This document shows positions 48,068 to 60,319 of a stretch of DNA of 64,000 nucleotides, in pieces. Positions within the stretch are counted from its first letter, which is position 1; each line of letters begins with the position of its first letter. Location: NCBI GenBank assembly GCA_946965045.2, contig OX337228.1:1240001-1304000 (forward strand), in the 5' to 3' direction. The position numbers and the translations under genes were made by a program. The stretch is from Epithemia pelagica (Eukaryota; Protista; Bacillariophyta). The notes beneath the pieces were generated by a model. That model ran no database searches, was not told the DNA's origin, and worked only from the letters and a program-made list of their open reading frames with translations.

Positions 48068-49321
48068 TTACTGGGCCTTGCGGTGTTGCTTGGCTTGTTC
48101 GAATTGTAGTCGTCGTTGAATGGAAATGGGAAAGATGACTTCCTTCCAATTCTCCAGGAATCCTCGATTGTAAATATTGACAGGAGGAGGACCGGGATCG
48201 ACAATGGCATCCCAATCATCCTTGTCCTTGTCGCCATTTTCCTCATTGCTATTGTTGGCGGCGGCTCCAGTGGAGGGTTGTTGTCCGGTGCAGGTGACAT
48301 CGCCATCCGAGACGACCGGAGGTGTACTAGTAGAGGATGCCGCAGTCGTGGAAGGAGGAGGAAGCGTGCCATCGTTGAGTGCTTTTTGGTACCGTTTCTT
48401 TTCCGTTTGATACCACTTTTTGATTTCGTCCCATTTAAAACATTCATTGGTCGTCAAGCCACGCGACGTGATCCAAATGTGATAACACAGAAACAAACCC
48501 AAACACACAGCCATGACGGCCATGAGCAGCAAGACCGAGGCAGGCATCAAGAATTTGGTAAAGAGATATTGCGACAAGATCCATACATTACCTGGTTCCA
48601 CTTCTTGTCCTGTCGCGCGATTGAACAAGACGGCCGTGTGTAATTTCTTTTCAATCACATGGCCGTAAAACAGACACGTCAAAATGACGGTTCCATAGGT
48701 GCACATCCCGACATGGACGGCGAGAAACAAGAGGAACCATCGGTAATTCTCTTCGCCAATGGTATTAAAGACCCACCCACAAAAATGATCAAAGCGAGGA
48801 ACGTTTTCATTGTATTTGTAGCGATCAAATTTGGAACGCGGCAAACGAACAATGTGTCGGGTCGGACATTTCTTGTTGGGGACAAACATTAAGTGATCGT
48901 AGGGATAATGATCGTACCAAGACAGCGTCTGTTTCGTAATGATTCCCGGACTGCTCGTACTGGCATATCGCCAGCTGACAACACACGAGCCAAAGACAAG
49001 GTATCCAATGTACTTGTGATACTGCGACACGTAGCTTTGATTGGAAATCCAGGGATAGACATAGTTGAAGATGATACTCCACGATCCAAAGACAACGACA
49101 CAATAAATGAGAATCATGGCTCGATCGGCACACCATTCGACGACCTTGATATTCTTGGATCCCAATATGCGTTTACACAAGCTCCAGCACTTGTCGGGGA
49201 TCGTTTCCGACAAGAAGCGTGCCACGGCTGAAGTCTCCGGATCGGCAATCATGCAAAAATACATGAAAAAGGCCACAAGACCCAAATAGGCCAACATGAC
49301 CGTAATCATCAATGACGCCAT
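48068..49321 (-). CDS. DHHC-family palmitoyltransferase (Swf1-like), DHFC variant
   Basis: Multiple TM helices; SPGII; LPRSK...RFDHFCGWVFNTIGEENYRWF; GLTTNE. Confidence 0.85.
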   Translation of the reverse strand: MASLMITVMLAYLGLVAFFMYFCMIADPETSAVARFLSETIPDKCWSLCKRILGSKNIKVVEWCADRAMILIYCVVVFGSWSIIFNYVYPWISNQSYVSQYHKYIGYLVFGSCVVSWRYASTSSPGIITKQTLSWYDHYPYDHLMFVPNKKCPTRHIVRLPRSKFDRYKYNENVPRFDHFCGWVFNTIGEENYRWFLLFLAVHVGMCTYGTVILTCLFYGHVIEKKLHTAVLFNRATGQEVEPGNVWILSQYLFTKFLMPASVLLLMAVMAVCLGLFLCYHIWITSRGLTTNECFKWDEIKKWYQTEKKRYQKALNDGTLPPPSTTAASSTSTPPVVSDGDVTCTGQQPSTGAAANNSNEENGDKDKDDWDAIVDPGPPPVNIYNRGFLENWKEVIFPISIQRRLQFEQAKQHRKAQ

Positions 49322-49809
49322 GACTGGTTTTGTGCTGGCTTTCGTTTGAAGGAGTTACACGAGGACTGGAACAGTTTTTTTATCCCAAAGAGACGTCTTT
49401 GGTTGCTTCTGGGTGTTAGGTTTTGTTCTCCAACTGCCAACATACAAAGGTCGGGTCTCGGGTTTCTCTTGGGCATCAGTCGCGTATTTTTTGTTGGCAG
49501 TTTCTTCTTCTTTGGGATGGAAGGACGGACCGAAAATGTTATGCATCACATAGCGATTCTATCTCCGAGAGCATAGCTGCATCTTGCCTTCATGAAAAGG
49601 GTCTACCTATTACTCCTACCAGAATCCACTCACAACCAATGCGTTGTTGAAGAGAGACATACACCTTCCTCATGACTTGCTAGCTAGGACCATTGATGGC
49701 ATGGATTATCAAACCGTTAACTCTCGTGACATTAGACATACCACGATCAGTCGAAAACGCAGAACATCGCAGTAGGATGACAGAGCACACTTTTTGGTTA
49801 TTGTTCATA

Positions 49810-51297
49810 TTATTGAAACACATTGCTGAGGGCGCCCCATTCAAAGACATTGCTCGGTTGATACTGCCAGGTGGCGGCATGGGGAATCCACGACGCATCT
49901 TGCAATGCATACGTGGTGGATTCCAAGGGTGGATTCCAGCCATGGGCTAGATACAATGCTGTCAAGTCGTCCAAACAAGCGGAACGGGCGGTAAAATGAC
50001 CAGTCGACGTACTAATGCCATTAAACATGCCCTTGTCCGACACATGGCCTTGTACATAGACCATGGCTAAATTGGATTCCTCGCTTCTCGACTTGTGGCG
50101 GTTCTGTTTCGGCGAGTTGGGAGATGGTCTTCTTGTCGTTGAGCTGTACGAGAACAATGAGTTTGGACCGCCACTGCTGCTGCTCGTGACATTGGCCACG
50201 AGTAAGGCCATGGCCACATCTTCACAATTCTTGTGCTGATCGACATAGTCGAGAACTTGCACAGGATGGACACTGGGGTTGGAATACAAGTCCAGGTATC
50301 GCTTGTGCAAAAAACTAGCCTTGGTCAAGATGAAATTGAATTCGTGGCGCCACCACACCATGGGCCAGGCATGATAAATGTACTGCGGCGGTGACATTGC
50401 TTTCTTCTTGGTGGTGTATACCCTTGGTCGTCGTGCGGGTGGTGCCGCCAATCGGGGATAATATCCCACCAAGGCCTGAGGATGGGCCCTCCAGGCAGCA
50501 AAGCCCTGCATCAAGGATTCGCAGTCGACCCGGACATCGTCGTCTACCATAAAAACAGCCTGCGACTGCAGCTCGGCCAAGGGTAAGAAACGGCTATTGA
50601 GTGAATCCTTGGCGACACGGACCATGACAACTTGGGACCAATTCTTGTCTTTTCCGTTCTTCTTTTGTTTGTTGCGTTGTGTGTTTGTTGTGGATGTTGA
50701 CTGATCGAGCAACAGCGAGTCTGGTGTAGGTGGTGTGACGGCGACTTCTGCCCAAATGACAAAGACTTGCGAGACGCCATGCGATCGTCCACACTGTTGA
50801 GCATAATGTTGGACCGCATCGCGTAACATGGCTGGACGCTTGTATGTATTAATCACCACAGCAAACGATGATGATTCGTCTCCTCCTCCTCTTGGAGGAT
50901 TGAGTGCAATGGAATGACTCTCGTCGTAGACGGTCCATTGGTACGCGAGGTCGACTCCTTGGGCCACCACGAGCACAAGTGCTAGACAAATCACAACGAC
51001 AATCGTCCGCTTCGAACACGTGGAAAGTAGATTCCATTGTATTCTTGCTTTGCCCCAAATTAGTTGAAGCTTGTTGCTATTCGGGGCAGTGTTCAGGGTG
51101 TTGTTGCCAAGACCAAGGCCAGATAGTGCAGCCGACGGACAGGCCCACCCGAACGACGATGACGACACTGACGCAGGGGTTGTGTGTAATAAAGTGTTGC
51201 GTTTTCCTGCAGATGACGCCTCATCTCCTCCTGCTGCTGCTGATGACGATCCTCCTCCTGCTGCACCACCACGAAGTCGTCCACGAAGCTGAAACAT
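49810..51297 (-). CDS. GT64 (EXTL2/EPC1-like) glycosyltransferase
   Basis: Type II TM; motifs FAVVINTYKR, SLNSRF, VDDDV, LTKASFLH, NCEDVAM. Confidence 0.88.
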   Translation of the reverse strand: MFQLRGRLRGGAAGGGSSSAAAGGDEASSAGKRNTLLHTTPASVSSSSFGWACPSAALSGLGLGNNTLNTAPNSNKLQLIWGKARIQWNLLSTCSKRTIVVVICLALVLVVAQGVDLAYQWTVYDESHSIALNPPRGGGDESSSFAVVINTYKRPAMLRDAVQHYAQQCGRSHGVSQVFVIWAEVAVTPPTPDSLLLDQSTSTTNTQRNKQKKNGKDKNWSQVVMVRVAKDSLNSRFLPLAELQSQAVFMVDDDVRVDCESLMQGFAAWRAHPQALVGYYPRLAAPPARRPRVYTTKKKAMSPPQYIYHAWPMVWWRHEFNFILTKASFLHKRYLDLYSNPSVHPVQVLDYVDQHKNCEDVAMALLVANVTSSSSGGPNSLFSYSSTTRRPSPNSPKQNRHKSRSEESNLAMVYVQGHVSDKGMFNGISTSTGHFTARSACLDDLTALYLAHGWNPPLESTTYALQDASWIPHAATWQYQPSNVFEWGALSNVFQ

Positions 51298-51711
51298 GGT
51301 GTGATCTACCAATACAGTTCTCTCTTTGTCGATTTACAATTTGTCAAAAGATTGCGGAAGAGGAAGAGCCAACAAACCGATGCAAAGCAAGACCAAAACA
51401 TAAATGAGGGGGCCGCTAAACATAGTCACCCCCAATCATGGAGTTTTGGGGGATCTTGGGGGGTGATCGAAGCTATGTGGCCTACCCCAGCCCACAATGC
51501 ACAATGGTTGAGGTGGTAGTGGGAGCCGGAAGAATGAACGTTGGGCTTCGTTTCTTGTTCTCTTATCAAACCATATACGATGAGACCAAAAAAGATGGAG
51601 AGCGGCACACGAATACGTATCATAGGTGGGCATCCAAAAACACAATAATAAAGAGAGAGTAATCGTTGGTATGATATCCCCATGGTATTACTGTTAGAGA
51701 ATGCGTTGGTA

Positions 51712-53317
51712 TCACTCTTCCTCCTTTGTTTCATTGTCGTTCCGCCGTTTAGACGGAGCAACTTTGGCAGGTACATTGCCCCAGGATTCAATGGTTTCCC
51801 GTTGGTCCGTATCTTCGGTACACCGTCGTAAGTTGAGACATTCGCGCAGCAAATTGCCCGACAAATGAGGAGGAATGCGCGTACAGGCAACACACCATCC
51901 CGTCTTTTTGCACAGTTCGCGACCGGTTTGGACACTGGGCACGGCCAGGCCACATCGTGCACACAATTCCGCCTCAACCGTGGGCGAGTAGAAGGGTCCA
52001 AAGTACGTTTTGGCGGCGGAATTGGACCCCGTCGTCGGTGTCCCCAAAACCGACTGTGCACTCAAGACACCAATGCCCCCTTGAATCTCCCACAATTCAT
52101 CGGCCTTGCCTTGCAAACTGGTGGGAAATTTGCGCAGGCGTTCCAATCGAATTTGATCAGGAAAGTCGTTTTCATTCGACAGTCGTAAACGATGACCATC
52201 TTCTCGTTCCAGTTGCCGCCGTAAGTTGTGAAATCGATTTTTGATTCCATTGTCGGTTCGTCCTGGAATGACCTTGGACATGGTCGACCAATGACTGCCA
52301 ATTGTGGCATACAAATGAAAGATTGTTGCATCTTCCGTCGGACTCCAATCGGTTGTTTTGAGCCGTGGATTCAAATGATTTACATATCTAAAAAGCACAA
52401 AGGGAACGAGAGAAAACAAAACATGAATTCAGGATACAACAGCACCAAAAATACGAACAACAACGGCAAACCAGACCCTTTCCTTCAGCACCCTGGACAC
52501 GCAGACACACACAAACACACAAGTTTAGGTTCGTACCGTTCTCGACATTGTTTTCCGGTTCGATCGGGGAGGGATTGGGCCACAACACTCCACCGCATGG
52601 GCATACTCATACTTTGTACAATCTTCAACAAGGTGGCATCTTCGTGTTTGGACCAGGCCTTGGGTCCCTTTTTGCCCGATCGACCAGCACCTCCGGTAGG
52701 AGACACCATGCTGTCGCGAGGATCAATCGGAGGGGGACTCGAGAGTTCGTGCGGAGGACCACCGCCTTGACTCAAAATGGCATGATCGTGAGGAGATGCT
52801 GCTGCTGCTCCGGCATGCGGATAGGGTGTGGCAATGGAATGTGCAGTGGGATGATAATACATAATGGGCGTCCCTTGAGGATGATGATATGAGGGGGGAG
52901 GTCCATAGTAGACACCAGCTTGTGGTGGTGGTGGTGGCTGTTGCTGTTGTGGTGGAACGCCCGGTCGCATCATGGGTCCCTCGTCCAAGGGCGGGTATCC
53001 TCCTCCATGTTGTGGTGGTTGTTGTGGATGTGGTGGTGGTTCGTCTCCTTTGGGTGGTGGTTGTTGTGACGATCCCTTGGATGCGACTGTCGAATCGCCT
53101 GGTGAAATGGCATTGGGTGGTTGGTGTTGTCCTTCCATTCCACTGGCCCCCGACCCGATACGGACCCATTCGGAATCTCCATCCTCATATCGCAACAAGT
53201 GTTCTCCCGACGACGGGTCGTATTCATGTACAATGCCCTCATACCAATTTTCATCCACTGGCCAAAACACACGAACCTTTTTGCCAATCATGCACGAGTT
53301 GCAATATCTGCAGTACG

Positions 53318-53414
<97 letters not shown>

Positions 53415-53774
53415 CATTGATTGTGAAACAAAAGAGCCACACGCAAAAGAAATGTGTGAGAACACAAAACAAGCCAACCAGACCAGACTAGACACAACTC
53501 ATCGGACACAATTTTCCCAGTAGCAATCATCATCCAACACTGCAAATACACTAGCATGGATTGATATATATATATACCTTGGTTTGTTCATGGCCGCGGG
53601 AGACACTGGGGTCCCTTGTTGTCCCACTGGTTCATCGGGTGACAATAAGGGTACACCCGTGACATGGCATTGAGCACATCGATCCATCATGAGCAACGAT
53701 GTCATGTGCTGTTGTTGTTGCGGTGGTGGTGCTTGGGATGGAAGGGCCTCCTCGCCAGTGGATATACGAGGCAT
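51712..53774 (-). CDS. R2R3-MYB protein with an N-terminal CxxC pair and a Tudor-like domain (3 exons)
   Basis: Exons 53774-53578, 53307-52537 and 52387-51712. Tudor-like IGKKVRVFWPVDENWYEGIV; MYB repeats WSKHED...RTGKQCRERYVNHL and WSPTED...GRTDNGIKNRF. The start codon is uncertain. Confidence 0.8.
53317..53412. repeat. Perfect (GTT)32 microsatellite in MYB intron 1
   Basis: 96 bp without interruption. Confidence 0.98.
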
Positions 53775-55390
53775 GATATGGATGAAGGTATTCCCCAATC
53801 ACAATCGAGATTCTCGCCCTTCGATCGTAACGAAACCAGGTGTTGTTGTTGTTGTAGATGCCAGTGTGGGTGCTCAAGACGGGAGAATCTCCCTATCAAT
53901 GGACAACAACAATGATCTGGAGAAAGGTTTCCCTTTTCTCAACGACGACGTTGGGCTCTCGTTGTTGCCCTCTGGCTTTTCGTTTCGAACACAAAACGAG
54001 TAGTTGGTGGCTTGTTGTTGTGGTGGCCTCGTCCGTTCGGTTAGAGATTTTCCTGACCCAAACGACTTTTCAGAGGTTTGGTTCGGTGGATAACTGCCAG
54101 TGGTTCGTGTGGACAAGATCCGGGACTTCTAGGAAGTAGGGGTCCACCGAAGGGAGCGGCCGTTGGAACGGCTGCAACGGAAGGAGCACCGTGTCCAAGT
54201 AGACTTTGGAAGCATGCGTTGAGACCATGTGCTTCACAAGACAACTGAAAGGACTGCGGGGGTTGATGCGCCATGTTTGTTATCATCCTTTGCCGTTGTT
54301 GTTGTTGTTGTGAGCTGCCGGGCGGACCACTCATCACTCTATGTAATATATCAATCCTACCTACTCAATAGGAGTAGATCTACTAAGTTTGACACTTCGG
54401 ATAGCTACATGGCTTCTTCACCCCTGCATGGACACATCCCGTCGTTTCACCCCAATACATTCTTGTAACGGGGAAGGATTTCGTTGCGCGGGCAAGTTCA
54501 TCGATTATCTGTACTAACCTTACCTCTCTAGGTAGAGCCAGAGGAGGATGAGCACACAACCGTACACAAGAGCTCAACCCGGTCACACATCATTGCAAAC
54601 AATGTTTCGTGGTTGATTCGTTCAGGATTCAGAATTCTCTAGGTAGATAGAGAGAGAGTATAAGAATGTTACTCCTATGATTTTTCTTTGTCCTTGTCTG
54701 GCAAAGGAAGATAGGTAGAGTTGGATCCAAGAGACCGAGCAACACACCCACCACCAAACCACCGGTTTGTACCCCGCTTCCGAATTCTGACTTCCGACTT
54801 CCGATCGTTGAGTCGGAGGGAAACCGGGACTCGTTCTTGTTCGATGACGTCATGCACGGTGCCACCGTGACCAAAGCACCGGCGTGGCTGCCATGAACGT
54901 TTGTGGTTGGTGGATATTGTGGAGGTGGGGTGAATGGCGTCGTTGACAGACCGAGTCACTTCTGTAGTGTGTTGTGTGGGGGCGTGTTGTCGGTGCTTGT
55001 CTCTCATCATGTCCGCCGTCCGTAGCAGCCAGCCACATCGCGGCATCCACCCGATGTGAGTGTGTGAGAGAGAAGTGTCTTGTGTCTTATTCTATATGCA
55101 ACACACCCATAGATTGTCTTCTCTTGTGTTGTGGTAACACACCACTCTTTTGTGGTGAACCCGTCGCGACTTTTTGTATCGTGAATGATTGGTGAGAACC
55201 TTTTGTTCTGTGATCTATTCTCTTCTTGCTGCTATCCTATCCAGTACTGATTCTACGGGGGGAACTATTCTAGTTTTTTGTCCGACTGCTTCCCATCTCG
55301 AGAACCAAGGAAGCACAGTCTTGGGAACCAAACAAGAACGAAACAAACAACCAAACAATCATCAAGGAAGAAAACCGGATCAGGTACACA

Positions 55391-56791
55391 ATGACTACTC
55401 CAGTCGATTCCATCCGAGAGGAGGACGCTCCTCCAAACTGCCGCAGCAACCAGGAGGAAGAAGTACGACCATCCTCACAAACCGAGGTCTCACCAACATC
55501 ATCATCATCATCATCATCTGGTCGTGTCAAGGAAAATGTCTGTGGCGATCAAACCTTGCGAGAGAGTGCCATGTCGGCATCCAGTTTGTTGGCCCTTTCC
55601 TTTGTCGAACTTCCTCCTGGCTTTTCCCAAAGGAGCAGCAGCAGCAGCAGGAACAGCCATTGTAGAGATCCTCCTCTTCCTCCACCCAGCAGCAGCAGCA
55701 GCACTACGAGACCATTTTCGGAGACTGCGGCCACGGACGCCATGTACGTGTCCTCCTCGTCATCGACCTGTACGCGCGAAAGCGATGCCGGAACCAGTTC
55801 GGATGTGGACAGTGGTGTCCCAACCACGATGACGACGACTCGAATGACAACCACTCCACAGTTGGATCGAACCACTTCCGACAAACTCAATGCCAAAATT
55901 TCCAGTCGGAAAACCAGTCGGCAAGGCCGTTCGACACAACGATGGGTCCAAGAGTCGACAACGACATCGACGACGACATGTTCCAGTACCAACAGCAACA
56001 GCTCGAACAGCCGCATTCGGTTGGTGACGGGCTGCGTTCCTATTTTGCGAGGTGGCAAAATCTTGTTTGTGTCAGCGCGTGGCAAACCAGAATGGATTCT
56101 CCCCAAGGGAGGATGGGAACAAGATGAAACCATGCAAGAATCGGCCGTTCGAGAATGTTTTGAAGAAGCCGGTGTCTTGGGCATTTTGGGACCGCCCTTG
56201 CAACCCGTCGAATACGAAACGCGCAAAGCCAAGAAGCGGCGACTCGAACAAGAACAGCAACAACAACAGCAAATACGCCAGCAAGAACAACAACAACAAG
56301 AAGAAGAAATCAAAACGAATCACGAATCCACAACAACACAGATGGACAACACAGCGGAACCCTTGCATTCTACGTGTGACGGCAGTGACAGCCATGACAT
56401 AGCAACCATTTCTTCGAAACGAAGAAGAATAGAGGGTGACACCACTTCTTCTTCTACCAATGAACCCTCTTCGTCGTCGTCGTATTGCAAGGTACGCATG
56501 ACTCTCTTTCCCCTGTACGTGTCTCAAGTGTGGGAAAAATGGCCGGAAGATGGTCGCTTTCGGACCGCTGTGGATTTGGACCAAGCCATTCAACTCTTGG
56601 ATCGGCGTCCGGAATTTCAACAAGTTTTGAAACAAGTCAAATCTCGAGGCCTGCATCACTTGCTCGTCTCCTCCTCGTCGCCGCCGACCACCACAAATAC
56701 TACGAGTAGTAGTAGTCATCACAACCACTCAAACAAGGACGGAACAGAAACCGCCGACAGTGAAACACCCGTGGTGATCGAGTCCTCCTAA
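55391..56791 (+). CDS. Nudix hydrolase, DIPP/NUDT3-like, with low-complexity extensions
   Basis: RLVTGCVP...WILPKGGWEQDETMQESAVRECFEEAGVLG Nudix box; WPED. Confidence 0.88.
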   Translation: MTTPVDSIREEDAPPNCRSNQEEEVRPSSQTEVSPTSSSSSSSGRVKENVCGDQTLRESAMSASSLLALSFVELPPGFSQRSSSSSRNSHCRDPPLPPPSSSSSTTRPFSETAATDAMYVSSSSSTCTRESDAGTSSDVDSGVPTTMTTTRMTTTPQLDRTTSDKLNAKISSRKTSRQGRSTQRWVQESTTTSTTTCSSTNSNSSNSRIRLVTGCVPILRGGKILFVSARGKPEWILPKGGWEQDETMQESAVRECFEEAGVLGILGPPLQPVEYETRKAKKRRLEQEQQQQQQIRQQEQQQQEEEIKTNHESTTTQMDNTAEPLHSTCDGSDSHDIATISSKRRRIEGDTTSSSTNEPSSSSSYCKVRMTLFPLYVSQVWEKWPEDGRFRTAVDLDQAIQLLDRRPEFQQVLKQVKSRGLHHLLVSSSSPPTTTNTTSSSSHHNHSNKDGTETADSETPVVIESS

Positions 56792-57234
56792 AAAGTGACG
56801 CCGTCATGCGCATCCAAACCATCACGCCCACCAGATACCATCCAACACACACACACACAAGAGCCCAGTGCCACCACAAACGCAACGACCTACCGCGCCG
56901 GTGATTGCTCCCCACACGGTTTTGTACAAATACTACTACTCCTACGAAACTAATCTCAAGCTATACGAATCTATCGACTATACTATACACACGCAAGCAG
57001 ATTACTACTATAAAAAAGACCAATGACAATAGAGAGAGACGCAGATTTTGTTCCTGTAGCTTATTGGTTGTCTTTTTGTATTCTGTGCACACACAAACCG
57101 ACCAAGAATCCTTGCTATTCCCACGTTTCCTCCGCTAGAAAGGTACACAAGAAGAACAACCATAACAATACAAAGAGAGAAACCGATTTTGCGCTCCAAT
57201 CGAAAATGGGGTTCTACGCACACTACTTAGGTAG

Positions 57235-58947
57235 TTACAAATCTTCCCAACTGCTTGGGCTATCCGAGTTGCACCACAATTCATCGTTCGGCGGGACACG
57301 TCGATCTGGATCCGCGTCATTCCGTGTTGATGGACGAGTCTCCCCCCGAACAGGCTCCCACTCGTTGGTAGTATTCTCATTCGGAGTAGAATTTGGTGGG
57401 GCATATCGATGAGAACTGGAACTGGACGGCGGTGCCGCATCCGATGCGGTCGAATGGGCGTCGTGATAATAGGAATACTCTTCCACAAAGTAGTCGTCGT
57501 CCTCCAAGTTGACATTGTCCAGATCCAGGTCACAGGGAGGTTCTTGTCGGGCAAATGCCGCATGAGACATGCCACGGACCAGGGCACATGTGGCTTTCCA
57601 AAGGAGCCATTGAACAAGCATACATACCAGCGTTCCCACACTCCAGCAACAATAGTACCACGTGACGACAAGTTCTTGCAGTGAATTCATCTCTTGTCCA
57701 ATGCGAATCGTCGCCTCATCCACTTCGATCGGTTCCATGTACCGACACTTGTCGTCCTTCTTGATGTCAAGACGGCCCATGACAAGGCCAATAGAAACAA
57801 ATTGCTGCAACAAGAACACAATGACAACTCTGTGAGCATAACAATACACACTCCATATCACAACTACACAATCACCTGTGATTGTATACACCAGTGCACG
57901 TACCAGAGGATGTTGCAGACTTTCGACATAGTGTCGAAACGGCCAGACCGAGACTGTTCGAGATTCGTGAATGGCACCCATCAAGAGGGCCGGCAAAAGG
58001 ACGAGTTTGCGAATCACTCCAATCCAAGTACTTTCGTACGGCAATCGCGTCCAACACTCGGATGAAGCCAACAATAACGAGGGTTTTGGCGTCGTGCTTT
58101 TGCTGTCCCTGTCCTCCCTGGACGAATTGTACATTGTCGATGATGATGTTGCGGGTGACGAGGAAAAGAGTTGTACAACAATGCCAAACATGCCGGCTTG
58201 TTGATTGCGGAGCGATTCCGGCAATTCAAGGGTCAGTTGAAAATAATATCGTTGTCCTGATTGAAGGATACGATGTGTCGCCTGTGGCGGGGGTTGGACA
58301 CTGGGATGATGCGCTGTCCAAGCCGAATCATGTCTCGCAGCAAACAAGTCCAAGGTGGCAAACGGATCTTGATGAAACAAAGGATGGGACACGGTTGGTG
58401 GAGGAGGAGGCCTGTTGGTGGCGGATCCCCACTCATGGTCACCGTCATCCATCGCAGTCTCAAAGATGAACTCTTGTTGCAAGTATTCCTGTTGTTGCCT
58501 TAGCAGAGCAACTTGATCGCCCCTGAAACCAGGATTCCTCGTTGTCAGAGGCATTCTTCTGGCATGGTACTGAAAGAAGACCTTGCGCACCGCAACTTCA
58601 CGCGGCATCATGGCATGATACAAAATCCAATACGTGCTGGCTGCCATGATGATCCAAACCACAAGTCCCAAGGCTACTTGAATCCACCGGAGCATGCAAG
58701 GAATCAATCCTCCAAATTCTTCACTATTGCCGTGAAACGGAATGTGATCGGGATCCTGTGAAAATGGACCACCATCCGTATCATTGTTTGTCGTAGAGGG
58801 TGGAACGACTACAGCTTCATGGTTGCTTTGTTGTACCCCGTCGGCCATGATTCGAGCGTGTGTCAAGGACAGTTCCATCCATTCGGCAGCCGCTGCAATG
58901 GGTTGTCGCGACTCATTTCTCCTTCTACTACTTGTCAAAGAATCCAT
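57235..58947 (-). CDS. Seipin-family protein (probable intron 57903-57805)
   Basis: Two TM helices flanking a lumenal domain with YYFQLTLELPESLRNQQAGMF and LPYESTWI. Confidence 0.8.
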   Translation of the reverse strand: MDSLTSSRRRNESRQPIAAAAEWMELSLTHARIMADGVQQSNHEAVVVPPSTTNNDTDGGPFSQDPDHIPFHGNSEEFGGLIPCMLRWIQVALGLVVWIIMAASTYWILYHAMMPREVAVRKVFFQYHARRMPLTTRNPGFRGDQVALLRQQQEYLQQEFIFETAMDDGDHEWGSATNRPPPPPTVSHPLFHQDPFATLDLFAARHDSAWTAHHPSVQPPPQATHRILQSGQRYYFQLTLELPESLRNQQAGMFGIVVQLFSSSPATSSSTMYNSSREDRDSKSTTPKPSLLLASSECWTRLPYESTWIGVIRKLVLLPALLMGAIHESRTVSVWPFRHYVESLQHPLVRALVYTITGDCVVVIWSVYCYAHRVVIVFLLQQFVSIGLVMGRLDIKKDDKCRYMEPIEVDEATIRIGQEMNSLQELVVTWYYCCWSVGTLVCMLVQWLLWKATCALVRGMSHAAFARQEPPCDLDLDNVNLEDDDYFVEEYSYYHDAHSTASDAAPPSSSSSHRYAPPNSTPNENTTNEWEPVRGETRPSTRNDADPDRRVPPNDELWCNSDSPSSWEDL

Positions 58948-59689
58948 TCTCAGGAAAGAGGATGGAACTATCCCGAAGCACCATGCCGCTGTGCTGATCC
59001 GTGTCTCAAGAAACACCACGATGACGGTGTTGCCGCATCATGGAGCAACGAAGACAAACGAAAAATGTAGGGTGGAGCAAAAACTGCTCCTTCTCAATCG
59101 CGCTTAAGTCGTTGTTTCGAAATGGGATGGCACGATCAAACTGTGATCCACGATCAAACTATCTGCTGCGGGTCGATTTCTAGGAGTAGAAGTATTAGCC
59201 TTGCGCGAAAGGTACACAATAATATAACCCCCAAAGCAGAAATCCAGAGCAATTCAAAGATACAAAAACCCATGCGGCGAAACGAAACCGACAAGTCTGT
59301 CTCAATCTCTAAATGGTTTTTGTTCCAGTGATCTCTCTCTTCTCATACGGTACAAAGTGTTGGTGGTGCTATAGATACTGGATTCCGACACAAGGAATGA
59401 AGGATGACCACTCCGATGGGAGCGTTCCATGATTGCAAAAGTGCAACAAGGGCACCGAAACGGATGACTCGGATAGTTCATCATTTTCTAGTTTAGCAAA
59501 TGCAAAAGATATACAGGATTCGTTTTTTGCATTGCCAGGAGAACGTCCCACTGACGACTTTCGCGGCTCCCAACCGCTGAAACAGCCAAACGGTAACGTG
59601 TGGGATGATCCTGCAAGGGAAATTGTTGGATGGTTCGTTTCGTTGTTTGTTGGCACTGTTTCTAATAGATGGAACCCATATCATGTCGG

Positions 59690-60319
<630 letters not shown>

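Noticed and set aside
53775-54337. Short Q/P-rich ORFs upstream of the MYB gene as extra exons or uORFs
   Set aside because: I could not build a consistent splice path, and an in-frame stop precedes the proposed first exon.
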